A DNA stretch of 64,000 bases. Source: Octopus vulgaris (lineage: Eukaryota). Shown here in pieces: positions 51,401 to 64,000 of the stretch; the stretch's first letter is position 1; every line of letters begins with the position of its first letter. The stretch is taken from positions 48,980,001 through 49,044,000 of the forward strand of contig OX597831.1 of NCBI GenBank assembly GCA_951406725.2. The letters run 5' to 3'. The notes under the pieces are model-generated. The model was not told where the DNA came from. It worked only from the letters and a program-made list of their open reading frames with translations, and ran no database searches. The position numbers and the translations under genes were made by a program.

Positions 51401-52840
51401 CTCCACCGGTCACTCCTTGCAACACCTGTCTGTGTTCGGTTTGTCCTTACAGAGGCCATCCGGATTCCCGTTTGCGCCGTGAACAGGAATTAATCTTCTC
51501 TCTTCGCTCTTATACGCCATTTGGTCTCAACTCTCCCCCCGACCCCTACTTCTCTTCAGTCCTTCATCCTTTCTCCCTCCCTCCTTTCTCCCTCCCTCCT
51601 CACTCCCCTTCTCTCTCTCCCCCCTTTCCTCCCTACCTCATCTCCTCTCTCTACACTATACCATACGAATTTACACATCACATCATATATACATCTCTCA
51701 TACACACACACACTCTTATGTTGGAGCGAGGTCATTTAACCCTATTATCTCCCCTAATTTCGCTCTTGCGTCTCACGTTTGATCTTTGACTTCTGGCCGA
51801 AATCAGATCGCCATCTTGATTCGCTAGCCTCTGCATGCATATGTTTTTTTTCTCTCCTTCTTTCTGTGTTTTTTCTCTGTGTATCTTTCTGTTGAAGAGC
51901 GTAGGTTCGAAACGTTAAAGACTTGTTTTATTTATATTTCCTGAGCGCCATACTAATACAATTGTTTGTTTGTATTCCACCTGCCTTCGTCTTGTTTATT
52001 TCCGTAAACCTGCCTTCGTCTTTTGTCTATTTTCATAAAGCTTCCCGTTATAAACTAGTAGACTGATACAGACTGGATGAACTGCCCATTCTACAGTGGA
52101 TGTGGACTAACAACGACGGTTCACTCAGGTTTTACTTAGATAGGGTGATTATAAAAGATAGTGATAAGGATATAGTTAGTTGTCCACATTTTCACTGTGC
52201 CTCCTACACGGATCACAAATCTGTGACATGGGAGGTGCAGTTAGTTGTCATAGACAGGGACCTGGGTACTGGAAGATGAACAAGTCTATTTTCACTAGTA
52301 AAGTCTTCCACACCCGGATTAGTCAGTGCAGAGGGCATTATGCGGTGCCATCGTGAATAACTGATGGTGGAGTGCCCTCAAACGAGCGATTCGATTAGAG
52401 TCTCTTAGAAGGGCAATTAACTAAGGAGTCAGAGGAGGCCATAGCATTAGGCTCTACATCCAGAGTGTTGGCGGTGAGAATGGTATTATTCCATCACCTC
52501 CAAGCCAAGCATGAAAGGTGTAGAGTCAGGGCCAAGTTACGTGTGGTGGGTAGAGAAGGCATTAACGTTGCTGGATGGGCCCGTCATGTGGAGAATCGGA
52601 GAAGCAGAGATGCAGAAGGCCTTTCATAAGCATTTTGCATGGTTGTTTGGGACAAGTGAGACATTGGACCATGGGAAGCCCTTTAGGGAATTCCTGGCTG
52701 ACGGACCGCGACTCTCGGCGAGGTGCTGTGAAGGGTCGATCACAGCTCTGCGGAAGTCGAAGAGGTACTGGCCGAATGCCCACGGGACAAGTCGCCAGGG
52801 TTGGATGGTCTGCCCTACGAGTTTTACAGTAGTATGGTGG
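48440..52840 (+). mobile_element. Tx1 copy I fragment (end of ORF1, APE, linker) split by Penelope
   Basis: MIKLGCINV near 48550; APE resumes at about 52050; GYWKMNK; GLDGLPYEFY. Confidence 0.8.
49017..52048 (+). mobile_element. Penelope-like element (RT + GIY-YIG), decayed
   Basis: ADKGGAVVV, GVAMGTRMGPNYANLF, RYIDD, NIIYCVSC..C..LYIGQTGRRLADQFAEH; TATA on both sides. Confidence 0.9.
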
Positions 52841-53995
52841 ATGTGATTTCTGCAGCATGTGGTCTAACAATCAGTCTATTAAAGACTTTTATAATGTATC
52901 AGCCCGCTCCCTCCAAGATGTATGTGGAACCTTTTATAACTGTGAATGGTCAAAAGTTGGAGATTGTTCCTAGTTTTATTTATTTACGAAGTACACCTTG
53001 AGCACTGCTGGTCTTGATGATGAAATTTCATACAGAATCAGCAAGGCTAGTAGTGCTTTTGGTAGGCTTGATAGGCATCTGTGGAAACAACATATCTTCA
53101 CAAATTAAAGTTAAAGTATATAACACGTGCATCCTCCCCTCTTTGCTATATGGAAGTGAGGCATGGGTTGTTTACCATAGGCAGGTAAGGAATTTGGAAT
53201 AATTTCATCAATAATGTCTGAGAAAAATTTTGGGGATAAACTGGAAAAATGGCCATTAGTAATGTGGAGGTGCTTGAGAGGAGTGGCAGTAGAAGTATAG
53301 AGTCGATGATTTTGCAAAGACGTTTGAGGTGGGTTAGGGGCATTTGGTAAGGAAGACTGATGAGTGACTGCCCAAGCAGCTATTGTATGGTGAGCTGGAA
53401 GATGGCAGGAGACCAGCGCATAAGCCTAAACTGAGGTTTAAGGATTGCCAAAAAATGCTCTGATACAGACAGGGATTTACAGCTGGTAATAGGGAGAAGG
53501 AGGCACAAGACCGTGATGTATGGAGGAAGATAGTGCATGATGGTTGTTCAAGGTTTGGAGAGAGTGAAGTATGAGAGAATTAGGAGTGGGTTTAGAAGTG
53601 GGGAACTTGTGGAAAGTGAGAGAGTGTTGCTTTTTATGTGTGTGGTTTGTGGGTGGAGGTGTCTAACTCGTGCAGGCCTGGTGAGCCATCAAAATTCTCA
53701 TAGAAATCAACCCATGATAAACAATGATGTGGCTATTGAAATTCACAACAGAACATGTGTAAAATGTGGAAGGGTGTGCCCCTCAGTTGGAGGTCTAAAA
53801 ATACATGTTAAGAGAGTGCATATGGTGGCACCCATTTTTCCTACCAGCCAGCACAGTTGTCTAGTATGTAATAAAATGCGTAAAAGCTTAACCGGGCTTA
53901 ACAGTCATATAAGGGCATCACATGGCAACAATCATGAATCATTTCAGTAAGTCTTCTTGGCAATGGCTTTTCTCATGTAACAAGGATGCAGCTGC
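52841..53995 (+). mobile_element. 5'-truncated RTE-clade LINE with C-terminal C2H2 fingers
   Basis: GLTIS..KT..MYQPAP, LLYGSEAW, LPKQLLYGEL..GRR...KPKLRFKD; CxxC..H motifs in ORF 53537-53950. Confidence 0.8.
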
Positions 53996-54038
53996 GATAT
54001 ATCATAAATATAATACTTATATATATATATTTGTATAC

Positions 54039-54071
<33 letters not shown>

Positions 54072-54908
54072 CATACATACATATAAAAAATAAAGGTATA
54101 CTAAAGAAAAAATCTATAGTTAATCAAAACAATAATAATGTAACTTACATAGACAGACATGAGGCTTTGTCGATTACTGTCATGAACATAGTGGTTGAAT
54201 TGTTCATGCCTTTTCCAAGGTGGGTATTAACAATATAATCTGTTGTGGATGTTTGTGGCTTTCTTCAGCTGGGTAGTGAAACCCTTACTGTCTATAGTCC
54301 AGCTACACACATTCAAGAACAACAACAATAATCACACCAATGATGCTGAGAATGATGCTGATTATGATGATGACAGTTATCATGGTGATGGTACCAATGC
54401 TAGTGGTAGTGGCGGCATTTGTTATTTACCATTATTATTATTATTATACCAGATACACTCAAATGTAAACTTAAGTGTTTACACATATATTCTTTTATTT
54501 CAGTCATTCGACTGTGACCATGCTGGAGCACCCACTTCCTCACCACTATCTGCACCATTGCTGTCATCATCATCATCATGCTCATTCCCATCATCATCTT
54601 GATTTTCTTGACATAAACATTATTGCCATAATCATTTAGGTAACCATCATCCCCCAAGTTCATCCCCATGATCATCATTATCATCATCAGTGTTATATTT
54701 TCATGTTTTTTTTAAAATTTTAGTAGATAAGATTTAAAATATCAAGAAATATTGAGAGAGAGAGAGTTAAATATGCAGATATAGAGTGAGGAGGAAGAGA
54801 CAAAAGAGAGAGAGAGATGAACAAAGATGCAGAGATAAATACATAGAAAGAGAAAAAGAAAATAGATAAACAGATATATAAATAGAAAATAAAAGGATGG
54901 ACATGCTT

Positions 54909-55195
54909 CTATGAGGCTGAGGAAGCTGTGGTATTAGTAGTAGTGGTGGTGGTAGTGGTAGCGCTAGTATTGTGGGTAGTTGACTGATGCTGTATCTTCA
55001 GCCCCACTGTACAATCCATGCCAGCATATTGGGGTAGGTTTAGCTCATACCAGATTTCCAAGGTACGTGGTGTGTACTGACCTCCCAGGTAGTGATGTTG
55101 GCCTTGGAAGTGACGGGCACATAACTTCGGGCAGGTCAAAGAAATTAACATTGATGGCTGTAGTCCATCCGGGCAGCCGTTTTCAATGTCCCAAC
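54909..55195 (-). CDS. NAXE: NAD(P)H-hydrate epimerase (YjeF_N family), last coding exon
   Basis: TTCAG acceptor; GWDIENG..GLQPSMLISLTCPK..HYLGG..YELNLPQY matches the NAXE/APOA1BP C-terminus; TAG stop. Confidence 0.85.
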
Positions 55196-55439
55196 CTGAA
55201 TAATAAAAAAATAATCATAATCAGGATAGCAACATCAACAACCATAATAATAATAATTCTTTCTACTATAGGCACAAGGCCTGAAGTTTTAGTGGGAGGG
55301 GCTAGTCGATTATATTGACCCCAATGCATAACTGGTACTAAAATGACGAAATGAAAAATCAACTTTGGTAGATTTAAAAACTCAGAATGTAAAGATGGAT
55401 GAAATATTTCAAAGAACTTTATTCAGTATTCTAATGATG

Positions 55440-55720
55440 CTGCCAACTCACCAAATTCATAATAATTCCCACAGATAAAAATATATCTATCAAAGAATCT
55501 AACAAACTAAGGAAATATAAGACCTGGAAATTGAAATACAAAAAATGTAGCATCTTAAAATAAGAGTTGTTCCTGTTATTTTTAAGTGCCCTAAGTATGA
55601 TAAAAAAAGGGAGGTTAGAAACATCTAGATAAGATCTCAGGAGAACCATGTCTCAGAGAAATCCAAAAGATCGTACTGACAAGTACAGCCCAAATCCTTA
55701 GAAAAACCCTATCCATTTAA
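55440..55720 (+). pseudogene. R4/Dong-like (REL endonuclease) LINE 3' remnant
   Basis: VVPVILSALSMIKK...EIQKIVLTSTAQILRKTLSI stop; TAA-rich tract downstream. Confidence 0.55.
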
Positions 55721-56787
55721 ATGTCTGTATTGTATTACATGAAGATATTCTGCTACTTCCCCTCCCCAAGCTTTCAGTCATATTGTAACATCTCTTGTCC
55801 TTCACTTGCCATAATAATAATAGTAGTAACTAATAGTTTCAAATTTTGCCACAACGTCAGCTATATCAACCCCAGTATTACACTGGTACTTAATTTATCG
55901 ACTCGAAAAGGATGAAAGGCAAAGTCAACCTTGGTGGAATTTGAACACACAATGTAGCAATGGGTGAAATACCAATAAGCACTTTGTCCAGTGTGCTAAC
56001 GATTCTGCCAGCTCACCACCTCAATGATGATGATAGCAATAATAATAATCATTATAAAAATAATAAATGCCGTGATGCAATAACATGCACTGACTCTCAT
56101 GGCTTCTGATCTTAATTGATTGAAGTGTTATGTACAGGTTTTGATTTTTGGTATAAAAGATGGGCTACAGCAAATATTCTGCTCAATACCACAAATTTAC
56201 TTGTCAGTTGCTTGACCATTACCACTTGAGCATGGCCCTTAATGGCTGAACAATATATGTGTATCTCTGATCACAAGCAGAAGTAGTGGGGGAGCATCAT
56301 AGCCATGTGTCGAGAGGAATTCTTTGGAGTTTGAATAATTCACCCCTGGAGACATGGGTGTTTCATTCATCATATTTAAACAAACCTTATTCAAGGAACT
56401 TTTGAATGGCATGGGCTACTTGACCTGAAGAAAATTATACCTGAGCCCCACCTGCAAGATCATGCACAGTTTATCTTGATATGAGATCACCATGTCATGC
56501 ACATATGGTTGTGATGCATGTGCCAGGTGTGCCTTATCAAATGAGTAATCATGATGGATAAATAGGGCTTCGTATATTTGTACCCCAGTGTCACTTTGAT
56601 GGCATGACTCAATAATAATAATCCTTTCTACTATAGGCACAAGGCTTGAAATTTGGTGGGGGGGGGAGCAGTCAATTACATTGAACCAAGTGTGTAACTG
56701 GAGCTAAGCATTAAGTAATACCAACCAAACCAACTACAATTAGGCATATTTGGGTGTTTGTTAACAATGTAGTAGAAGGGTACCTAC

Positions 56788-57045
56788 CTGAAGGAATGTC
56801 CAAACTTAGAGGATTTTCATCTTTTTCAGTGTCTCTAGTACAGAAGCAAAGTCTCCAGTGATTGGTTCTTTATGACAGCTACCATAGATAGCATCAACCA
56901 CAAGATTGTAAGCTGAGTCTATCAGATGTGGTTCACTGGGAAAGAATGAGAGGAGTGGCATATCCATTCTCTCACATTGCAGTCTCAGGTTTTCAAAGAT
57001 TTGTTGATTTGAAGTTTTAGGATAGAAAATGGATGGTTTGTACCC
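56788..57045 (-). CDS. NAXE: NAXE penultimate exon, apparent frameshift near 56810
   Basis: TTTTGCAG acceptor; GYKPSIFYPK...LVVDAIYG...; SLDIPSG in a shifted frame; CAG|GTAGGT donor in phase with the last exon. Confidence 0.8.
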
Positions 57046-57654
57046 CTGCAAAACATAGTAAAAAATAAAAATTCAAAACATATATTTCTGTTTGGATACA
57101 ACATTGGTTTTCCAAAACCTTTCTAGATTGCTAATTTTTCTAAACCAGTGGTGGTCACCATGGTCAATACATCCTGAATTAAGCAAATATTAAATTTACT
57201 TAAATGAAATATATGTCCTGTACATTAAAATAAGGATAGAAGTCAACAAATACTGTACTGTGCAAGGTACCAGTTAACTAGTCTGGCAGCTGTGAGAATC
57301 TGAAGTCTCTGCTCATAAATTAGTGTTTATTTTAAGAGGTTCTAGACCATCAGTATTCATAAAGTTGATGTCATACCTGTACTACGAAAACAAAATAATG
57401 TTTTGTTGTGTCTGGGGAGAGTCATTTTCTTTTTGTGCCTTATAATTTAACACACTCACTGGTAAAATTTCAACTTATTTTTATTTTCCTAAAATTTTCA
57501 TTGTCTTGCAACCTTTTCCATAGTCTTGACTGTCTGTTATTTACACGGCGTTCCTTTTTGTTTGTTTGCGCGCATGTGTGGGGGTCAGTGTGTGTGTGTG
57601 CACGCACGCGTATGCAGGTACATATGTATGTATGCATGTATACATGTGTGCATA

Positions 57655-57852
57655 TGCAGGAGTGGCTGTGTGGTAAGTAGCTTGCTAACCAACCACATGG
57701 TTCCGGGTTCAGTCCCACTGCGTGGCACCTTGGGCAAGTGTCTTCTGCTATAGCCTCGGGCCGACCAATGCCTTGTGAGTGGATTTGGTAGACGGAAACT
57801 GAAAGAAGGATTTGGTAGACTGAAACTGACAGAAGCCTGTCGTATATATATG

Positions 57853-57889
<37 letters not shown>

Positions 57890-58075
57890 ATGTCTCCCTA
57901 GCATTGCTTGACAACCAATGTTGGTGTGTTTACGTCCCCGTCACTTAGCGGTTCGGCAAAAGAGACCGATAGAATAAGTACTGGGCTTACAAAGAATAAG
58001 TCCCGGGGTCGATTTGCTCGACTAAAGGCAGTGCTCCAGCATGGCCACAGTCAAATGACTGAAACAAGTAAAAGA
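57655..58075 (+). mobile_element. tRNA-derived SINE, near full length
   Basis: A box TGGCTGTGTGG, B box GGTTCAGTCCC, internal (TA)n(TG)n, tail ATGACTGAAACAAGTAAAAG. Confidence 0.8.
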
Positions 58076-58119
<44 letters not shown>

Positions 58120-58582
58120 GCGTGCATCTGTATGTATGTATTCTGCATATTCATGTGCTTGCATGTTCGTGTTTGTGTATTTTTATGTATGTGGGTGTGA
58201 GCATGTTTGTATATGTATGCACCTGTCTCCTTGTGTGTGCATGTCTGTGTTCTGCAACTATGTACTATATTTGTATGTATGTATGGATGTCCATCTCTGA
58301 ATGTGTGGACACGTGTCTCCATATGTGTCCTTGTGTGGATTAAAGTGTGTGTGTGTGTGTGTGTATATATGGTCATGTGTTTCAGTCTCCATTTCATTTG
58401 CGTATGTGTGCTTGTCTGTTCATATAACTTATATACCTATCCATCTGTATGTTGATCTGTTTATTTTCATATCCATATGCTTACATACATGTGAACACAC
58501 CCACACACATCTATCTATATAACAGACCACTAACTATTCTACTCTACCTGTATAAACTGTGGGTATGGAGGTATGATATATG

Positions 58583-58828
58583 CTATGTAAATTTCCTATT
58601 TAGTATTTGGGAAGTTTCATTTATAAGGACATACTCCCGTATTTGTCTGAGTGTTAGGTCTTTTGGGTGCTTGGATAAGATGCAGATGTCAAGTTGACCC
58701 AAGTTGCCTCCATGGTGGTCTTTGGCGTGTTGGTAGAGTATGGAGGACTGTTTTTTGTTGTCATATTGTCTCAGATGTTCATTTAGCCATTCTGCAATGC
58801 TCCTAGATGTCTCCCCTATGTACGTCAT
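58583..58828 (-). pseudogene. Penelope GIY-YIG remnant
   Basis: TYIGETSRSIAEWLNEH...RQIREYVLI...LNRK. Confidence 0.7.
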
Positions 58829-58892
58829 GTGTGTATATATATATACACACACATATATAGATACATACACACACACATACATACATATATAC

Positions 58893-59250
58893 AGTTATGA
58901 GGGGAAAACTTGGATCATGTGCATTTTCCGAAGTCCTTAGGAAAAGATTTTCCTCACAAATTACTTTATAATGGTAATGTATGCCCCACCCATTGGAAAA
59001 GATTTTCTCCACAAATTACTTTATAATGGTAATGTATGCCGTTTGAAAGGTATTTCTATAATATTTCATTGAAAAAAACCCATTTTCCTTATAGTTACGA
59101 GGGGAAAGCTCGGATTTTGTGAATTTTCCGAAGTCCTCTCCCACCCCTTTGGAAAAGATTTTCCCCACAAATTTCTTTATAATTGTAATGTGTGCCGTTT
59201 GAATGGTATTTCTATAAAATGTCATTGAAAAAAACCGCATTTTCCGCAAA
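58893..59250. repeat. Degenerate tandem/dispersed repeat (related copy about 62070-62190; also about 59830-60085 resembles 63490-63745)
   Basis: Repeated TTACGAGGGGAAAGCTCGGAT...GGAAAAGATTTT...GCCGTTTGAA blocks. Confidence 0.6.
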
Positions 59251-60689
59251 ACCTTCCAAGGCGGAACATGGGTGTTTTGCAGAAAGGAGTTCTTCAATAA
59301 AGATTCAGAATATCCACACTTCCTTCTGAATTGGCGACATCGTCGTACCATCCTACGGCAGCGCCACATGTTCGTTTCCTCGCGCCAAATACATGAAAAA
59401 TTACATGTCGGATAATCGTGGGCAAACGGCAGGACACCGTGTTCAATGAAAAATGTAATGGCATTATTATTTTTATCGTGGAAACCGAGAACTTTTCATG
59501 AAGAGTGATATTGCAACAGTTGCATACAGCCATAACGTTAGAGCAAAATTAGGATTTTGTGTCACGTGTGTGAGAGAGAGTGAGTGAAGAAGAATGTCTT
59601 TTCATGTACACACTCATATAGAAAATGTGACGTCATCATGGTCGTCGTATAAAATGTTTATGTTAGATAACTTATGGAAAGATTATAATTTTAAATCTTT
59701 GTAATTCAAATATGTCAATGAAAATAGAGTTTAGTTAGTAGTGGAAATAGTACTGAATCTTTTGCTACCCCATACGTGAAAATCGACAACTCGGTTTTGG
59801 AATGCATAAGGAAAATATGTACCCTGAAAAACTCCAAAATTGATCCATACACCTCTCCCTACTCAGCAATAAAAGGTGCGCGAGCGCAACAATCTCTACA
59901 CCTCAGAAAATGAACGGCTAAAACAAGTGAAACAGCATGTTTACATACCTGCTGTATACGTCGGTCTTGTTTTTACGCTTTAAAGGTAAGCGATTCTCAT
60001 AAAAGCAAACACGATATAGAATAATTCTGTCATGCGTCTACTAAAAACTTTAACATACTTCCAAAATGGGACTTCGTCTATGTTTATCTACGTACCTTTA
60101 TGTGTAGATGTGTGTGTGTGTGTGTGAAAGAGATAGAGAAAGAAAGAGAAAGTGTGTGTCAACCATCCCATCAGCAACAACCATCATCTTCACAAGAAGC
60201 AACCGTTGCTATGCTCCTGAAATTGTCTATGTGTGTGTGTGTGGGGGGGGGGGTTCTTTTGCACGATAAATTAGGTAATTTTGGCGGAAAGGACTGAACC
60301 CATTGTTTCATTATCACAATTAAAAATAAATTCGAAGGATTTACATCGCACAAGTTCATACATTATTTCCGTAAACTCTAATTGTATGTAATCAAGAAGC
60401 TACCACAACAATCATAATTTTCTTCACAATATTTGCACCCTTTAGCTGTTGCTATTTTTCTGAATTTATTTTACATTGTGTACACTAAGATTGGAACTTT
60501 TACTGTACTTTGCAGAGAACATTATAGATTATCTGAAGACAAAAAACATTGCAATGAAAAAACGTGTGCTTGCACACATTCGATGAATTTTCAAAATTCT
60601 TGTCGTTCTATTGACGGGTCTGTCAATTGAAAGTGCGCTAAATGTAAAAAAAAAAAAAAAAAAACCCTCTTTCCACCAGGAAAAGTATA

Positions 60690-61365
60690 TTTACAAAAAA
60701 CTCTAAGCTGCCATTATATGTAATTTTTCATTTAGTGTTTGATTTTATTTTCGAATTGCCTGTGACGATATCTGCACGTATGAATTGCATCGATATAAAA
60801 ACTGCCGTTCAGTGGTACCAGTTCTGTAGAGATGTTTGTTCGGCAAAATTGCTGCAGGACAAAACTTCCATTGATGGTCCGGATCATACAGTGGAGATCA
60901 ATGAAAGCTTGTTCTTCAATAGCAAGAACAATGTAGGAAGATTGTGTCGCAAAACTGGGGTTGTCGGATGTTATGACACCATAACCAGAAAAGGATTTCT
61001 TCCAGGTGTACCCGATAGGAGTACAGAGACGTTGGAGAATGTTATCAGACAAAACGTTCTTCTAGGAATTACTTCTATGACTGACAATTTGACAAGCTAT
61101 TGTAATTTCTACCCATTTCACCCATTGCTACGTTCTGAGTTCAAATTCCGCCGAGGTCGACTTTGCCTTTCATCCTTTCGGGGTCGATTAAATAAGTACC
61201 AGTTACGCACTGGGGTCGATGTAATCGATTTAATCCCTTTGTTTGTCCCCTCTGTGTTTAGCCCCTTGTGGGTAGTAATGAAATATATTGTAATTTCTAC
61301 ACGCTCGGTTACATTCACCATACAGTAAATCATTCCCAAAATTTCATAGATCGGTCACCGGGGTA
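60690..61365 (+). pseudogene. Merlin/ISXO2 transposase remnant split by a SINE
   Basis: WYQFCRDVC..GPDHTVEINESLF..VPDRSTETL..TD; resumes GYIHHTVNHSQNFID. Confidence 0.8.
61113..61285 (+). mobile_element. 5'-truncated SINE with 15-bp TSD
   Basis: TATTGTAATTTCTAC at 61098-61112 and 61286-61300; B-box-like GAGTTCAAATTCC. Confidence 0.8.
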
Positions 61366-64000
61366 TGTACAAATCAGTGGAAGTAAAGATCCTTTGGGAT
61401 ATATATATTTTTTGGGGGGGGGGGTCTTTTTACATGAACATACTATATCGAGGGCGGAGATTCCGAATCTGCAAAAAAATCTGCATTTCAAAATTTATAT
61501 TGTACAGGCAAAAAAAAAAAAAAAAATTAAAGACAAAACACACCTTTACTCACTCTTTCCCCCCTCTCTCTCTCCACACGAAATCGAAGCGTAACTAGTT
61601 TACCCGCTTAAAATTTCGGCATGAAATACTGCTAAAGGAAAATTGAAACACTTGATGACATTTCAAAACCGTTTTGCAGCTCAGTTCTTATATATCCTGG
61701 GATCTATATACCCAATAATTTTAGTAGGTATGTAAAAGATATTGTTTTAATACACTGTCTTGTTTCACACAAACACTAACAATGGTTGTTTTTGGTCCAG
61801 ACATCGTTACCACTAATTTTTATAACTTCAACATTCCTTTATTAGGTACTTAGCACTATACTTGACAAGTACCCCTTTATTATTCTTTTCAAACAGTCTA
61901 ATGTAATCCACATTCTAGAAACCATATTTCTGCAAAATGTCGTCTTAAAATATGTGTAAAGAAAAGGGGGTTGATGCAGCTTCGCACCTCGCCTTCAAAG
62001 GTGCCTTCTTAAAAAAGATTTCTTCGGAAACATGTCTATGTGTGTGTGTGTGTGTATATATATAATCGTAATATGCCGTTTGAAAGGTATTTCTATAAAA
62101 TTTCATTGAAAAAACCCGCCATTTTGTTAACAGTTACGAGGGAAAAGCTCGGATCTTGTGAATTTTCTGAATTCCTCTCCTCACCCTCCTGTTGCTTTGC
62201 ACGGATTTTTTTTCATATTCGTTTCCTACTCATTGTTTTACACCCATTCCAATATATTTTTTGGATTTTTATTTCCGGGTCAAGATGTAATACCCAAAAC
62301 TCTTTCGGGGGTTCGAAAAATGAGTTGGGGTGAGGTGGAAGCCTCGGAAATATCACCCCACCCCACCTCATTGATCTTTTCACCCGCACGATTTTCACTA
62401 AGGACAAAAAAAAAAAATCGCGCCCATGTGTGTGCGGGCGGCGGGGGAGAGAAAGATGAACGATTTAAATTAAATAAATAAGCGATTTAAAATATATCTT
62501 AATTGTTGTGTGAGAAAGTATATATATTCTGATGATAAAATATAGTATCTTTCAAAAACATGCTAAATTTATAGACTATATCTTGTTTAAGAAAAAAAAA
62601 AAACATTTTACAGAAATAAATTTTCTAGGGTGTGAATTACATGGTTCATTATTAAATATACCCCACCCCCGCCGCCCATCATTTTTTTCCGAACAAAAAT
62701 AAGGGATTTGCAGCATATTAGGAGGTCAGAGTACTTGATTTCACAAAAAAAAAAAAAAAGTTTTTTTTTTTTTTTTGTTAGTGAAAATCGTGCGAGGGTT
62801 AAATAGAAAAATTTACCGTTAATTTTTGTGTAATGTAAATACTATATCCACTTTCGCAAAAGCAACTTTTAACTTATCTGAGTATTTTCTATCACTTATA
62901 TTTTTTTCTCTCTCTTTGGGACTTTCAGCTTTAAGTTTGTCTATGGCCACTCACTCTGCTACTTCGTATAGCTATTTACTACAAGTCGATTGTATTATAA
63001 AGTATTCTCGGGTTGCCAAACAAAATAAACACTACCTACCAGTAGATAAAAGGGAAAGCGAAACACTTAATTAGATGTCACTACAACACTGCATATAAAC
63101 AAACTAGGGTACTATTCTTTTTTTAATTTATACGAATTGTAATATTTATTTTTTTTAAATACTTACGCAAGTTGTGAAGTCTGTTGCGAAATGAAAATGA
63201 TAAACCCACAAATCTATATCTTTTAAGAGGAGCAATTCCTGATAAACGGAAACAATATACGAAAGTTTTTTTTTTGTTCTTTTTCCAAGTGTTTCCAGTG
63301 TTTTCGATGACGGAGATTCTGAATATGCCAAAAACCATGTTTTTCATAATTTTCAATCCCCCTCCCCACCCCAAATTTTTAAATTCTAATTTTTCGAATT
63401 TTGTTTTTTCAAATCTGCGTGTGAAAATATGGAGATTAAGAATATGGGAAAAAAAAAGAAAGTAATTAATTTCAAATTTTTTTTATGAGGAAACTCCAAA
63501 ATTGATTCATACATCCTTCGCTACCCCAATTCAGCTGTCTAAAAGTGAAAATGGAGGGCTTGTGTGCGCGCGCGTGCGTTTGAACAGAGAAAATACACCG
63601 AAATGTTTTACACACCTGTCATATACGTCGGTTTTGCTTCTTCGCTTTAAAGGTAAACGGTCCTGATAAAAGCAAACACAATATTCAATATGTTGGTATT
63701 CTTCTTTCAGAAAGAATAAAAACTTCATGGGACTTCGTTCATGTGTGTGCCCCCATCCCCCCTCCAAAAAAAGTTTGTATATTCGGAATCTACAGGATGT
63801 AACTCATATTCGTAAAAAAAAATTCATTAAAAAATATCTATTTTTCTGAAAGTTATGATCATCCAAAGTGAGTGGGACAGAAACCTGTAATTATTGCCTG
63901 CAGTTCAAGTGCATGTTGCCCACAAATTTGACAACAATCACTCCAGAGAAGGGAAGATAAGTTTTTTGTAAAACAGATACGCCAGATCATTTCCAAGAAA

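Noticed and set aside
57408-58522. Cys/Val/Tyr/His-rich ORFs (also about 5675-6480 and 7026-7325)
   Set aside because: Translations of (TG)n/(TA)n low-complexity DNA and SINEs.

Overview
Eukaryotic, AT-rich, repeat-dense genomic DNA, most likely an octopus/cephalopod (inferred from the SINE families; not verified). 1-12 kb is a large imperfect palindrome holding four variant U1 snRNA genes, with a 5'-truncated CR1 LINE in the left arm only. A fifth, orphan copy of the U1 upstream flank (about 17.89-18.34 kb) leads at the U1 +1 position directly into a ~21 kb head-to-tail array of decayed Tx1-clade LINEs. Two junctions between elements carry the U1 5' end (ATACTTACCTGGCAC), which points to a U1-targeting retrotransposon. 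Nested in and after the array are an ORF1-only retroelement, a full-length Helitron (containing a Gypsy remnant, itself containing a piggyBac MITE), a Penelope element and an RTE, all on the + strand. The right end has the last two exons of a NAXE/YjeF_N gene (- strand, one frameshift), plus SINEs and Merlin, R4-like and GIY-YIG remnants. Coordinates were counted by hand; boundaries of decayed elements are approximate.
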